Position numbers and translations under genes: made by a program
DNA from: a virus
Lineage: Duplodnaviria > Caudoviricetes
Virus record (IMG/VR): IMGVR_UViG_3300032560_000094
Span: 1 to 28,285 of that record
DNA length: 28,285 bases
Direction: 5' to 3' (one strand)
Shown here: in pieces, positions 1 through 7,923 of the stretch
Position numbering within the stretch: the stretch's first letter is position 1
How the letters are laid out: the number at the start of each line of letters is the position of its first letter
Notes under the pieces: generated by a model
Told to the model about the DNA's origin: nothing
Seen by the model: the letters and a program-made list of their open reading frames with translations, nothing else
The model's database searches: none

Positions 1-388
1 TAGTCAGCACATTGACCGAGAGCGATGTAACCGCTGTTCCTGCCGCGACCGAGTAGTTTCCGGTGGCCGTCAAGGTCTGCGGCAGGGATTCCTTGCCGAT
101 CAGGATGGGCCAACCGCTCTGGTCGATCGCAACCCAATCCCCGGCATGAACCTGGAGCACACCGCGATTGGGGATCGTGAGCAGTCCGCTTTCGCCGGAT
201 TGTGCCCAGCAGGTGTTCATGATTTGCTGACTGAGCAATTGCTGGGGGTTTAGCTCATCGTTGTAGATGGAATTGTTCATCGCCGCCAAGTCGGCGATGG
301 CAAGCCCCGGAGTGGCATTGTATTTCGGGGGAGCCTGTAACGCCGTCAGAGACGTAGTTGAAAGCGTCCCTAATGTTTTCGTGGACAC
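1..388 (-). CDS. Putative virion structural protein, partial (runs off window edge)
   Basis: Hand-translated from GTG at 388: MSTKTLGTLSTTSLTALQAPPKYNATPGLAIADLAAMNNSIYNDEL...LLTIPNRGVLQVHAGDWVAIDQSGWPILIGKE...; open to position 1; 3 nt after the upstream stop; downstream of capsid gene. Confidence 0.7.
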   Translation of the reverse strand, partial: MSTKTLGTLSTTSLTALQAPPKYNATPGLAIADLAAMNNSIYNDELNPQQLLSQQIMNTCWAQSGESGLLTIPNRGVLQVHAGDWVAIDQSGWPILIGKESLPQTLTATGNYSVAAGTAVTSLSVNVLT

Positions 389-391
389 GGT

Positions 392-682
392 TTAGCCTGT
401 GCCAGTCGAGAAGTTCTGAATGCGGGTCTGTACCGCCGCATTTTCCATCTGCGCCGTGAGGTCGGTTGTCATGGACGTGAGCAGGTTGGCTACGTCCGCA
501 TTGAGGAACGTGCTGGAAGTCGGCGGATAGCTCGCCCCCGAGACCTGACCTTGCGAGTTGAAGAATGCCAGCGTTTGCGCCGGGCCACCCGGGGCACCGG
601 GGCCAGTTGGGTTGGAGAGGCCGGGGCCTAAGCCTGCCGGAAGCCAGTCAACCCACACCTGATAGCGAAGTCGGTATCCCAT
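392..682 (-). CDS. Hypothetical protein (96 aa), probably virion-associated
   Basis: ORF track; GGAG RBS; directly after major capsid gene. Confidence 0.7.
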   Translation of the reverse strand: MGYRLRYQVWVDWLPAGLGPGLSNPTGPGAPGGPAQTLAFFNSQGQVSGASYPPTSSTFLNADVANLLTSMTTDLTAQMENAAVQTRIQNFSTGTG

Positions 683-691
683 GATCTGCTC

Positions 692-2035
692 CTAGCCGAA
701 GGTAGAATTGAACGCAGAAGTTGATTCAATTCGCATTGCGAATTGAATGTTCTTCAAGAGCGTCCCATAATAAGTTTTCCACCCAACCACGCGCAACTGG
801 TTGAGCGGATCGCTCTTATCCGCATCCTTCAAATAGGTGAACTTCACTTCATCCAGTTTCACCTGGGCATATGCGCCGCGCCCGAAGATGTAATTGGGAT
901 AGACGGTGACTCCCGTTGACGGAGCGGCGGGCGGGATCTGGAAGGCTCCCAGGCCGGTTATGGTGACGGTCTGGCCACCCGCCAATTGCACTGCCTGGCC
1001 CTGCATCGGGCCGGAAGTCGGGCCGGCAGACGACAAGCCCAGGTTCGTCGGGGCATTCGAGGTTCCTACATAGACGTTGAAGGTATAGCCCGACAGAACC
1101 GGAAGGACGACCTGCAACGAGCCATTGGGGCCGGTAACCGAGATACCTGCCGACACCTGATAAATCTGGCTTTCGTACTGATTCTGGGTGTCGGACGCCG
1201 TGACGATTGCGTAGTAGGTATTGGTCGCCAAAGAGCCGGTCAGAGCGGCAGTCGGCGTGATCGCCGCATTGCCGGTCCAGAATGGCACCATGTTGGTGAA
1301 GGTAAAGCGGATGCCGGACCATTCGCCTAGCTCGAAATTATAGAGCCGGTTGATGTCCGAATAGGACCATGCGGTTTGGATCGAGCTGTTTTCCCGCAGG
1401 TCCGCCGCGCAGAATGGGTGCAGCACGGCGACATAGTGCGGCATTGCCCTCGGATTCGAGGAAGCCCTTGCACCACCGCCATCGGCTTCCAGCTTGGTAT
1501 CGGTCATCTCGTCGCCCATGAAGCGGGGTGCACCGATGTTGAGAAGCATGGCGTAGGCGCGGTTGAGTTCGTGGGTGTTCATCACGTCGCCCGCAACAAG
1601 GGCTGCTCGTGAGCCGCGCGAATTGACGTAATTGACTTGGGTAAACCCTTGGAGATTGTTGAAGGTGTTACGTTCCAGGGTTTCCGAGACTTGCAGCGCC
1701 ATCAGCTTGATGGCTTCCTTGAACAGCGGGTGCTTGATGGTCAGTTCCGCCACATCGGTAATGGTGACCTTATCGCCCCATTGCAGGGCGGTAGCGGTGA
1801 CCTGCTGGATGGTCATCAGTTCGCCTTGGGGCGGGACGCCTTCCGAGAGAGGGGCAAATGGCAGCGGCACGCGGTTGTACCGGGTGGCTGTGTAGGTAAC
1901 CCCTCGACCTTTCGGGAGGGTTGCCGGGTCGCCAAACTGGTAGACGACCAGTTGCTTGCGAGTGAGCGGAAGCGTCTCGTCGGCAATATATGCTTCCAGA
2001 TCGGCAGAAAAACTTCCGCTGACGTTCACAGCCAT
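692..2035 (-). CDS. Major capsid protein, N4-gp56 family (HK97 fold), with internal beta-rich insertion
   Basis: LPKGRG...RY...PLSEGVPP, QWGDKVTITD, HP...DL, GEWSGIRF and C-terminal DKSDPLNQLRVVGWK motifs; follows scaffold; GGAG RBS. Confidence 0.92.
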   Translation of the reverse strand: MAVNVSGSFSADLEAYIADETLPLTRKQLVVYQFGDPATLPKGRGVTYTATRYNRVPLPFAPLSEGVPPQGELMTIQQVTATALQWGDKVTITDVAELTIKHPLFKEAIKLMALQVSETLERNTFNNLQGFTQVNYVNSRGSRAALVAGDVMNTHELNRAYAMLLNIGAPRFMGDEMTDTKLEADGGGARASSNPRAMPHYVAVLHPFCAADLRENSSIQTAWSYSDINRLYNFELGEWSGIRFTFTNMVPFWTGNAAITPTAALTGSLATNTYYAIVTASDTQNQYESQIYQVSAGISVTGPNGSLQVVLPVLSGYTFNVYVGTSNAPTNLGLSSAGPTSGPMQGQAVQLAGGQTVTITGLGAFQIPPAAPSTGVTVYPNYIFGRGAYAQVKLDEVKFTYLKDADKSDPLNQLRVVGWKTYYGTLLKNIQFAMRIESTSAFNSTFG

Positions 2036-2054
2036 AGCGTCTCTCCAGGGTGCC

Positions 2055-2756
2055 CTAGATTTCTACGTTTTCGAGACGCCGTTCCAAACTTGCCGTTCGT
2101 GTCCGCTGTGCCTGGGCATCGCTGCCGGAATTGGTCGGCCGGGTCTTGGCATTGACAACCCTGCGAGCAGCCTGTGCCGCCTGCGTCTTGCCCTGCTTGC
2201 CCCGTCCCTCCAACGCCGCTTCCCCGATGAGGTATTTCAGAATTGTCTCGCGGTTGGGACTGTTCCCTTGCGAACGCAATTCCGCCAACTTTCCTTCGAC
2301 CTTCGGTGCCCATTTGGCGTATAGCGGATCGACCTGCGCTTTGACCTGGAACGCCGTCCTATCCACTGAATCCGCAGTCTGCATCTGCATCGTTTGCAGT
2401 TGAGCAGCCATCCGTTTCTCCGAATCGCGGAGGGTTTCGGACATCTGCTCTTGCGGAGTCATTAACGCGAAACGCTGTGCGCGTTGCTCGGGAGATTCCT
2501 GAGCCGGCTGAGAAATCCGCGCCGTAATCTCGTCCAAACGCCGCCTTGTCTCGGCAAGCTCCGCTTTAGCCGCCCGGGCTTCTTCGGATAGCGTCTGGAT
2601 GCGAGTATTGGCGCGAGACGGTTGAACCTGGAGTCCCGGTTGTTCTTCCGGTTCTTGAACTTCCGGTTGGGTTACCTCCGGTTCGGCTTCCGCCTCCTCC
2701 GGTTCGGCAACTTCGGGTTCAAGTTCCTCGACTTCCAGTTCAGGTTCATCAGCCAT
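2055..2756 (-). CDS. Capsid scaffolding protein
   Basis: Acidic Glu/Pro-rich N-terminus, coiled-coil middle, basic C-terminus; immediately upstream of MCP. Confidence 0.75.
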   Translation of the reverse strand: MADEPELEVEELEPEVAEPEEAEAEPEVTQPEVQEPEEQPGLQVQPSRANTRIQTLSEEARAAKAELAETRRRLDEITARISQPAQESPEQRAQRFALMTPQEQMSETLRDSEKRMAAQLQTMQMQTADSVDRTAFQVKAQVDPLYAKWAPKVEGKLAELRSQGNSPNRETILKYLIGEAALEGRGKQGKTQAAQAARRVVNAKTRPTNSGSDAQAQRTRTASLERRLENVEI

Positions 2757-2765
2757 TCAACGTGC

Positions 2766-2825
2766 CCCATGAGACGAGTAACGCCCGTCAGTCGAAATGG
2801 TGACTTACGGCCACCAGTCGATGGG
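2766..2825 (-). promoter_or_regulatory. Structured 5' leader of scaffold gene: two tandem UCGACU-hairpin units
   Basis: Minus strand: UCGACU-GGUGGC-CGUAA-GUCACC-AUU-UCGACU-GACGGG-CGUUA-CUCGUC; both 6-bp stems contain a G-U pair on this strand. Confidence 0.6.
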
Positions 2826-2827
2826 CC

Positions 2828-2857
2828 ATACTACATGAAGCTATTCACGGAAGGCAA
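2828..2857 (-). promoter_or_regulatory. Possible sigma70-type promoter for scaffold/capsid genes
   Basis: TTGCCT-N18-TAGTAT on minus strand just upstream of the structured leader. Confidence 0.35.
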
Positions 2858-2862
2858 TAGCC

Positions 2863-3135
2863 CTACAGGCTGATGCGGCCTTCGGATTTTTCCGGTTCGG
2901 CCTTGGAGAATTCCGGGACCGGACGGCTTTCCTTCTCGGCCGCAGCAGCGGCGGCTTTCTGGTTGGCTTCGATCTCGGCCTTCTTGCGGGCTTCTTCCTT
3001 TTCCTTGGCCTCTTTGTCGGCCTTTTCCTTGGCTTCCAAGATGGCTTTTCGTTCGTCGGCCAAATCCTTGACGACAGACGGCAGCGACATGAGATGCTGC
3101 ACCTTGGCTTCCAGTTCTTCCAAACGATCTAACAT
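2863..3135 (-). CDS. Hypothetical charged coiled-coil protein (90 aa)
   Basis: C-terminal part of track ORF 2863..3762; start MLDRLEELEAK at 3135 with AGGAG RBS. Confidence 0.7.
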   Translation of the reverse strand: MLDRLEELEAKVQHLMSLPSVVKDLADERKAILEAKEKADKEAKEKEEARKKAEIEANQKAAAAAAEKESRPVPEFSKAEPEKSEGRISL

Positions 3136-3145
3136 GGCTTTGCTC

Positions 3146-3211
3146 CTAGCATTGTTTGCAGATGGGCGATAATGAAAGCACAAGCATAGCAATAACGAGT
3201 ATCGCCCGCAT
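3146..3211 (-). CDS. Putative 21-aa hydrophobic micro-protein
   Basis: MRAILVIAMLVLSLSPICKQC; GGGGAGGGG RBS; fills the gap between two genes. Confidence 0.45.
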   Translation of the reverse strand: MRAILVIAMLVLSLSPICKQC

Positions 3212-3224
3212 AAGCCCCTCCCCG

Positions 3225-3548
3225 TCAACCGCCCTTTGAAGGACGTTCCAAACCTCGAATGCGCTGTTCGTGGTCGAGTTGTTCGACCTTGAAATCCTGA
3301 TCTATCTGCGTCTCGACCTGAATGTGATCCTTTAGCGTAGTCGCCAGTCCGGTCATTGCATTGTTCAGATCGGCATTCGCCCTTGCCACCGTTTGCACAT
3401 TGTCCCATAGCGTATGAGCGGCAGTGGTTTGTGCTGTTTTGATGTCTTGAAGGGAAGTCCAAACCAATAGACCTACCGCCGCTCCTAATGCCCCAACGAG
3501 AGCAATGAGGATTGGATTTAGATATTTTTGGATCGAATAGTCGCTCAT
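3225..3548 (-). CDS. Single-TM membrane protein with coiled coil (lysis accessory or spanin/holin-like)
   Basis: N-terminal TM (ILIALVGALGAAVGLLVW), C-terminal HEQRIRGLE heptad; in lysis cassette. Confidence 0.6.
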   Translation of the reverse strand: MSDYSIQKYLNPILIALVGALGAAVGLLVWTSLQDIKTAQTTAAHTLWDNVQTVARANADLNNAMTGLATTLKDHIQVETQIDQDFKVEQLDHEQRIRGLERPSKGG

Positions 3549-3550
3549 TA

Positions 3551-4003
3551 TCAGGGGGTTGCAGAAGCCGTGGCAGGCTTGGCAACGGTCTGTTGCGCCT
3601 GAGACGTGGCGATCTGCGCTGTCTTGAGCGACTGATAGGCCGCCGACCCGGCAGAAACCGCCTGTTGCAGTGCAGTACCACCGGACGAAGCCGACTGTTG
3701 CTGCGCCGCGACTGCCGTATTGACGAGGCTAACCGCAGTATTGAGCGCCGCAGCGGCGGCAAGAACCGGAGCGGGGATTCCGACGCCGGCAGCAGCCACG
3801 ATGCCGAGAAGCCCGGCTACGTCGGACGCGATTTCCTGGCCGTGCGCCCCGAGCCATTGCAGCACGTTGTCGAAGTCCTGCGCCACGGTATTGATCGCAG
3901 TCGCAACTTCCGATTCGATTTTCGGCAGCGTGGTCGAGAAGAAATTCACTACATCGGTCTCGACTATGCCCAACGTGTTTTCGATATTGGTCAGCGTACT
4001 CAT
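3551..4003 (-). CDS. Ala-rich membrane-associated hypothetical protein (150 aa)
   Basis: Start reassigned to MSTLTNIENT at 4003 (ATGA overlap, AAGGA RBS); central hydrophobic segment. Confidence 0.65.
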   Translation of the reverse strand: MSTLTNIENTLGIVETDVVNFFSTTLPKIESEVATAINTVAQDFDNVLQWLGAHGQEIASDVAGLLGIVAAAGVGIPAPVLAAAAALNTAVSLVNTAVAAQQQSASSGGTALQQAVSAGSAAYQSLKTAQIATSQAQQTVAKPATASATP

Positions 4004-4200
4004 GTCAGCGTCCTTTGTTTTGCGATGACGATATTGAATAAGCGGAGAAACAGGGGAGCGAGCTTGCTGATCCGGGGCCATTGCGCTTGCAACGCTGCAT
4101 CCAACGCCTGAACGTCCGGCAGTGCCGCGTTAACAGCGGCAATGTCGGCATCGGACAACCCTTCCTGCCGCAGCAGCATGTCCTCGATAAAGCCGGTCAT
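4000..4200 (-). CDS. Hypothetical protein (66 aa)
   Basis: ATGA overlaps at both ends. Confidence 0.65.
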   Translation of the reverse strand: MTGFIEDMLLRQEGLSDADIAAVNAALPDVQALDAALQAQWPRISKLAPLFLRLFNIVIAKQRTLT

Positions 4201-4547
4201 TGCGAAACCACCTTGGCCCCATCCCCGATAGGTCCCGCCGCTTGGGCGATTTCTCTCGTCGTCACAATCTGACTAACTTCCGGGGCGCTCGCGGCAATCG
4301 CAATCTTCTGGTCTGACGGAAGGGACTGAGCCGCCGCGACCTTATTGGCATTGCTCATGCCCAATCCCTGCAATCCGGTCTGAGCGGCAGACCCCACAAA
4401 AGCAATGATGCCGCACCATGCTTCTACGGGACTGATCCAGGCGGCCGGTATGGCGTGGGTAAGGACCACCGCACCAGAGCTAATGCCGATTGCAAGCGTA
4501 ATACAGATGCCGATTGCGAATCTCGCGCCAGGACTTAACGTCAGCAT
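4197..4547 (-). CDS. Holin-like two-TM membrane protein
   Basis: Two hydrophobic helices, hydrophilic C-tail; two genes downstream of endolysin. Confidence 0.55.
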   Translation of the reverse strand: MLTLSPGARFAIGICITLAIGISSGAVVLTHAIPAAWISPVEAWCGIIAFVGSAAQTGLQGLGMSNANKVAAAQSLPSDQKIAIAASAPEVSQIVTTREIAQAAGPIGDGAKVVSQ

Positions 4548-4548
4548 T

Positions 4549-5079
4549 CTAGGCCCCCATCAGTTGCTTGATTTCGGCAAACATTAAGTCCTGTGAATAA
4601 CCCCAATCGTCCGGGTGCGCCCCGCGATGGTCCGTTTCCAAGAGACGGGTGGTTTTCGGATTGTCGGCGATCCACTTCGCATAACCGAGACCTGCCGTGT
4701 CAATCCAGTCCGGGTCGCGGATGACGTGGGCCGTTATCACGTTCGCCGGAATGGCAATGTATTTTGTGCCGTCCGCCAGCGTCTTGATGTTGCTCGAATA
4801 GACCGATGGCTGGAAACCGCCGAGGAAATCCACCTTTGTTGGTGCCAAGTCACCGGCATAATCAGGCCCGAAACAAGCCCCAAAGCTGTCCCCGACAATA
4901 CCGCGCCAATCCGCAGTTTTGAGGAATTCATAAATGGATTGGCCGTCATCGTAATGATAGGGGCTGGCTCCGATATCGAGACCGATTGCTTTGCAGCGCG
5001 CCACCATCGCAACCTCGCCGCTCGACGGATCGAAGAAGCCGCCTCCGAGTCCCCAGATAATGGCAATCTTCCGGATCAT
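4549..5079 (-). CDS. Alpha/beta-hydrolase-like protein (176 aa)
   Basis: Start MIRKIAIIWGLGGG at 5079 (ATGA overlap); IVGDSFGA = G-x-S-x-G nucleophile elbow; late His in GAHPDD. Confidence 0.55.
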   Translation of the reverse strand: MIRKIAIIWGLGGGFFDPSSGEVAMVARCKAIGLDIGASPYHYDDGQSIYEFLKTADWRGIVGDSFGACFGPDYAGDLAPTKVDFLGGFQPSVYSSNIKTLADGTKYIAIPANVITAHVIRDPDWIDTAGLGYAKWIADNPKTTRLLETDHRGAHPDDWGYSQDLMFAEIKQLMGA

Positions 5080-5624
5080 GCAGCCATTTTCAGTGCTTGT
5101 GCGCCCATTTCCTCTGCCCGACGCAACCAATCTGTACCGAAATAAGGAAATCCTGGCAATATCTTATAGACTGCCGTGCGTCTGTTGGTGAAGGCTTCGA
5201 TATGAGCGGCCAAGTCTCGCCTAGCTAATGTCACGGCAGCATCGGTCTGCGGCCCCCAGATTCCATCGTTGTTTATTCCGAGTGCAACTTGCAAAATCCT
5301 GGTGGCTTGCGTCGGTCCCATGTTGACCGATGTATCGAAGTATTGAAGGTCAAGACCCGAGGAAAGATTGGGACATCTTGGAAGCCAATAGGCCACTTGA
5401 TAAAGCGAGTAGCCTTCATCCTGGGGTATCAACTCGACCGGCTGACAGGCTAGATCATGACCTTTTCTCCACAGATCATATTCCCTCTGGATAATCCCGC
5501 ACATCGTCGCACCACCGGGATCATGACTGTCATAAGAATAGTTCTTCGGATTGCTCCAATCGTTCGGGAATGGGCATTCCTGAGCGAGAGTAAACGGCAA
5601 GCAGATTGAAAAACGGTCTGGCAT
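5076..5624 (-). CDS. Endolysin, glycosyl hydrolase family 108
   Basis: DPGGATMCGI motif, YW...C..L..GLDLQYFDTSVNMG, LQVALG...DGIWGPQT, F...WLRR. Confidence 0.88.
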   Translation of the reverse strand: MPDRFSICLPFTLAQECPFPNDWSNPKNYSYDSHDPGGATMCGIIQREYDLWRKGHDLACQPVELIPQDEGYSLYQVAYWLPRCPNLSSGLDLQYFDTSVNMGPTQATRILQVALGINNDGIWGPQTDAAVTLARRDLAAHIEAFTNRRTAVYKILPGFPYFGTDWLRRAEEMGAQALKMAA

Positions 5625-5701
5625 TATTCGTCAGCCTCATCCCGCCAGTTATCGGGATCGTCCTCCGGTTCGGAGTCGTAGGCTTCCCATTCCTCCGGCA
5701 T
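5624..5701 (-). CDS. 25-aa acidic micro-protein
   Basis: MPEEWEAYDSEPEDDPDNWRDEADE; TAATG stop/start overlap with portal upstream and endolysin downstream. Confidence 0.6.
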   Translation of the reverse strand: MPEEWEAYDSEPEDDPDNWRDEADE

Positions 5702-7845
5702 TACATCGCCCCCCGCTGTCTAGGCGCGCCCATCGGGATTCTATCCTGATGGATCATGCCGGGGGGTCCTTGGCCGTTCGGCCGTGGCCCTCCGGGGGCC
5801 GCTCCTTGCCGAGGTTGACCGCCGCCGCCCTGTTGCGGCCCCTGTAATTGCTGCTGTTGCTGTATCATCGCGGCTTGCTGTTTCTTTTGCATCTGCATCT
5901 GATGCTCGATCATGTGGGCGCGCAATTGACCCGAGAAATCGCCCTTCTCCTGGAACGCCTGCATATGAGCTTTGATGTGTTCCTGATCGTTGTCCATCGG
6001 CTGAACGGAAACGTGCATTCCTTGTTCGAGCATTTGATTTTCGTATTCTGGATTGAGGCCCAATTGGTCTATCGTGTTCTTGAAAATCAGCGGCCCAAGC
6101 CGTGCGCCATAGATGTTGTCAACCCATGCCGACATCAGAGGCCCAAGATCGAGAGTGCGGCCCGGATAGAGTTGCGGCGGGATTCCTCGCAATACATTCA
6201 GGCCCGCCATCTGCTGCTGGATTTGCTGCATATTCCGCGCGGCCTCTACCCCGTACCAGCGGAATTCAAACCGTTTGCCCATCTGAATTGGCGGGATTTC
6301 CTCCATTTGCATCTTCACGCCGAGTTCGCCGAATGAAGGAACGGTGGTTTTCTCGTCTCTGAACTGATGATCGAGCCACACACACCATTGCAGATAGGGG
6401 GTGAGAATTTCCTGCTCGATCGTGGTGACGGAATCCGCCGTAGTCAGAAGATCGACCTGCTGCTCCGAGGCGATCTGGGCTTGATTGGGTTTTTTCCCCG
6501 GGGCCGTAACCTGCTGCGGCATCATCGCCGGGTTGACGCTAAGTGTTTGGAATATCTGATCTTTCGCGCTCGATACGATCTGGAATGCCTCTTTCCACAA
6601 CTGCGGGAATTCGGCGAATTGGGTATCCTTGGGGCTGGTTTCCCAAATCGCTGCCACATTGAGCACCATGGAACCAGTCCTGGGGTTCTTTGCCGGATCG
6701 GTCATGATGATGGGCAAAAGAGCATAAGCCGCTGAATCCATTCCCTCATTTACCGCGTCATTAGCGGCATACTGGAGCGTTTCGACAAACTTGATCTTGG
6801 AGTTGCCCTTGAAGCTGCCTTCGATCTTTTCCACAGGGGCGGAAAGGAGCGGCACTTTGTCGCACCAATAGGGGTTCAACTTGCACCCCGACACCTGATC
6901 TTCGCCACCGAAATAAATGCGGACGATCCTGCGTTCGCCATCCACTTTCAGCTTCGTCCAAGTCTCATAGACGAGAGCGGTTTTCTGATCGCCTTCTGTT
7001 TGGATTCCCGCCGCCGTGGTGATGTTCTTTTTCTTGTTGGGACTCTGGTTTTTTCCCTTACCGGCCATTGTCGCCAAAAGATTCTGGCCTGCCTCTTTTT
7101 CAAATTCTCCGTCCCGGATCATCTGTCGGATTTTGGCTTTGCTGTATCTGCGAATGATCGAAACTGAACCGCCATTGTCGATTGCCGCTTCAACACTGTC
7201 AGACGTAAAGGGAAGAACCAGGACATCGGCATCTGCGATGACTTCCGCCATCGGATACTGATGCACGATGGTTTGTTCGTCTATGTCCTCGTACTCGTCA
7301 TCAATCTCCATGTCGTCCACGGTTTTTTTCTTGTTGATCCGCATGGCGACGTGGCGCTCATTCCTGACCCACTTCACATAGATATTGTATTGCCCCTCGA
7401 TATCCCCGTTCCTGATAAGCGCCGGCATGACATTGGTGCGGAGCTTCGCTTTTCGGATGTAGTGTTCCAACAGCGACATGATCGCGGTTGGCTTATCTTC
7501 GGAAGCCGTGACTTCGATGTGCTTCCCGGATTGCGGAAATATCTGATTGTTGAACCGGGTAACCCTGGCATTCACCGCGTCATGAACGATGGGGACAAAG
7601 ATCTGGGAATTTCCGGTATAGAACTGTTTGGGACCGAGCTGGCAGTGGTATATGTCCCAATAGTCCATCTGGGAATTGGCGCGGTCCCATTGGTTCTGGA
7701 AACCCTGCTCGACATCCCGATAGATTTTCAGGCATTCGGAATTGATGGATTCGATAGTCGATAGTTCGCGGTCGCGGCTTTCGGTCTGGACGGGCTGTTC
7801 TATTGCCTCATCCTCGTCCGAGGGGTCATCCCTGATATCAGCCAT
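5701..7845 (-). CDS. Portal protein (P22/podovirus-like, 714 aa)
   Basis: Size, position in head module, SQIFVPIVHDAVNA, Q.AAND..N...D motif, Gln/Gly/Pro-rich C-terminal extension. Confidence 0.85.
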   Translation of the reverse strand: MADIRDDPSDEDEAIEQPVQTESRDRELSTIESINSECLKIYRDVEQGFQNQWDRANSQMDYWDIYHCQLGPKQFYTGNSQIFVPIVHDAVNARVTRFNNQIFPQSGKHIEVTASEDKPTAIMSLLEHYIRKAKLRTNVMPALIRNGDIEGQYNIYVKWVRNERHVAMRINKKKTVDDMEIDDEYEDIDEQTIVHQYPMAEVIADADVLVLPFTSDSVEAAIDNGGSVSIIRRYSKAKIRQMIRDGEFEKEAGQNLLATMAGKGKNQSPNKKKNITTAAGIQTEGDQKTALVYETWTKLKVDGERRIVRIYFGGEDQVSGCKLNPYWCDKVPLLSAPVEKIEGSFKGNSKIKFVETLQYAANDAVNEGMDSAAYALLPIIMTDPAKNPRTGSMVLNVAAIWETSPKDTQFAEFPQLWKEAFQIVSSAKDQIFQTLSVNPAMMPQQVTAPGKKPNQAQIASEQQVDLLTTADSVTTIEQEILTPYLQWCVWLDHQFRDEKTTVPSFGELGVKMQMEEIPPIQMGKRFEFRWYGVEAARNMQQIQQQMAGLNVLRGIPPQLYPGRTLDLGPLMSAWVDNIYGARLGPLIFKNTIDQLGLNPEYENQMLEQGMHVSVQPMDNDQEHIKAHMQAFQEKGDFSGQLRAHMIEHQMQMQKKQQAAMIQQQQQLQGPQQGGGGQPRQGAAPGGPRPNGQGPPGMIHQDRIPMGAPRQRGAM

Positions 7846-7923
7846 TCTTGCCCGCTATGTGATAGTAGGACAGCCAAATTACCGCGATCGTGGAAGGCAG
7901 AATACACCAAAACAGGGCTGTCA

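Noticed and set aside
2863-3762. 299-aa ORF as given in the track
   Set aside because: 5' two-thirds is a shadow frame over two real genes; true start is at 3135
7862-7899. Shared late-promoter motif GGAAGGCA upstream of portal and scaffold
   Set aside because: Spacing to the putative -10 differs between the two sites; may be chance
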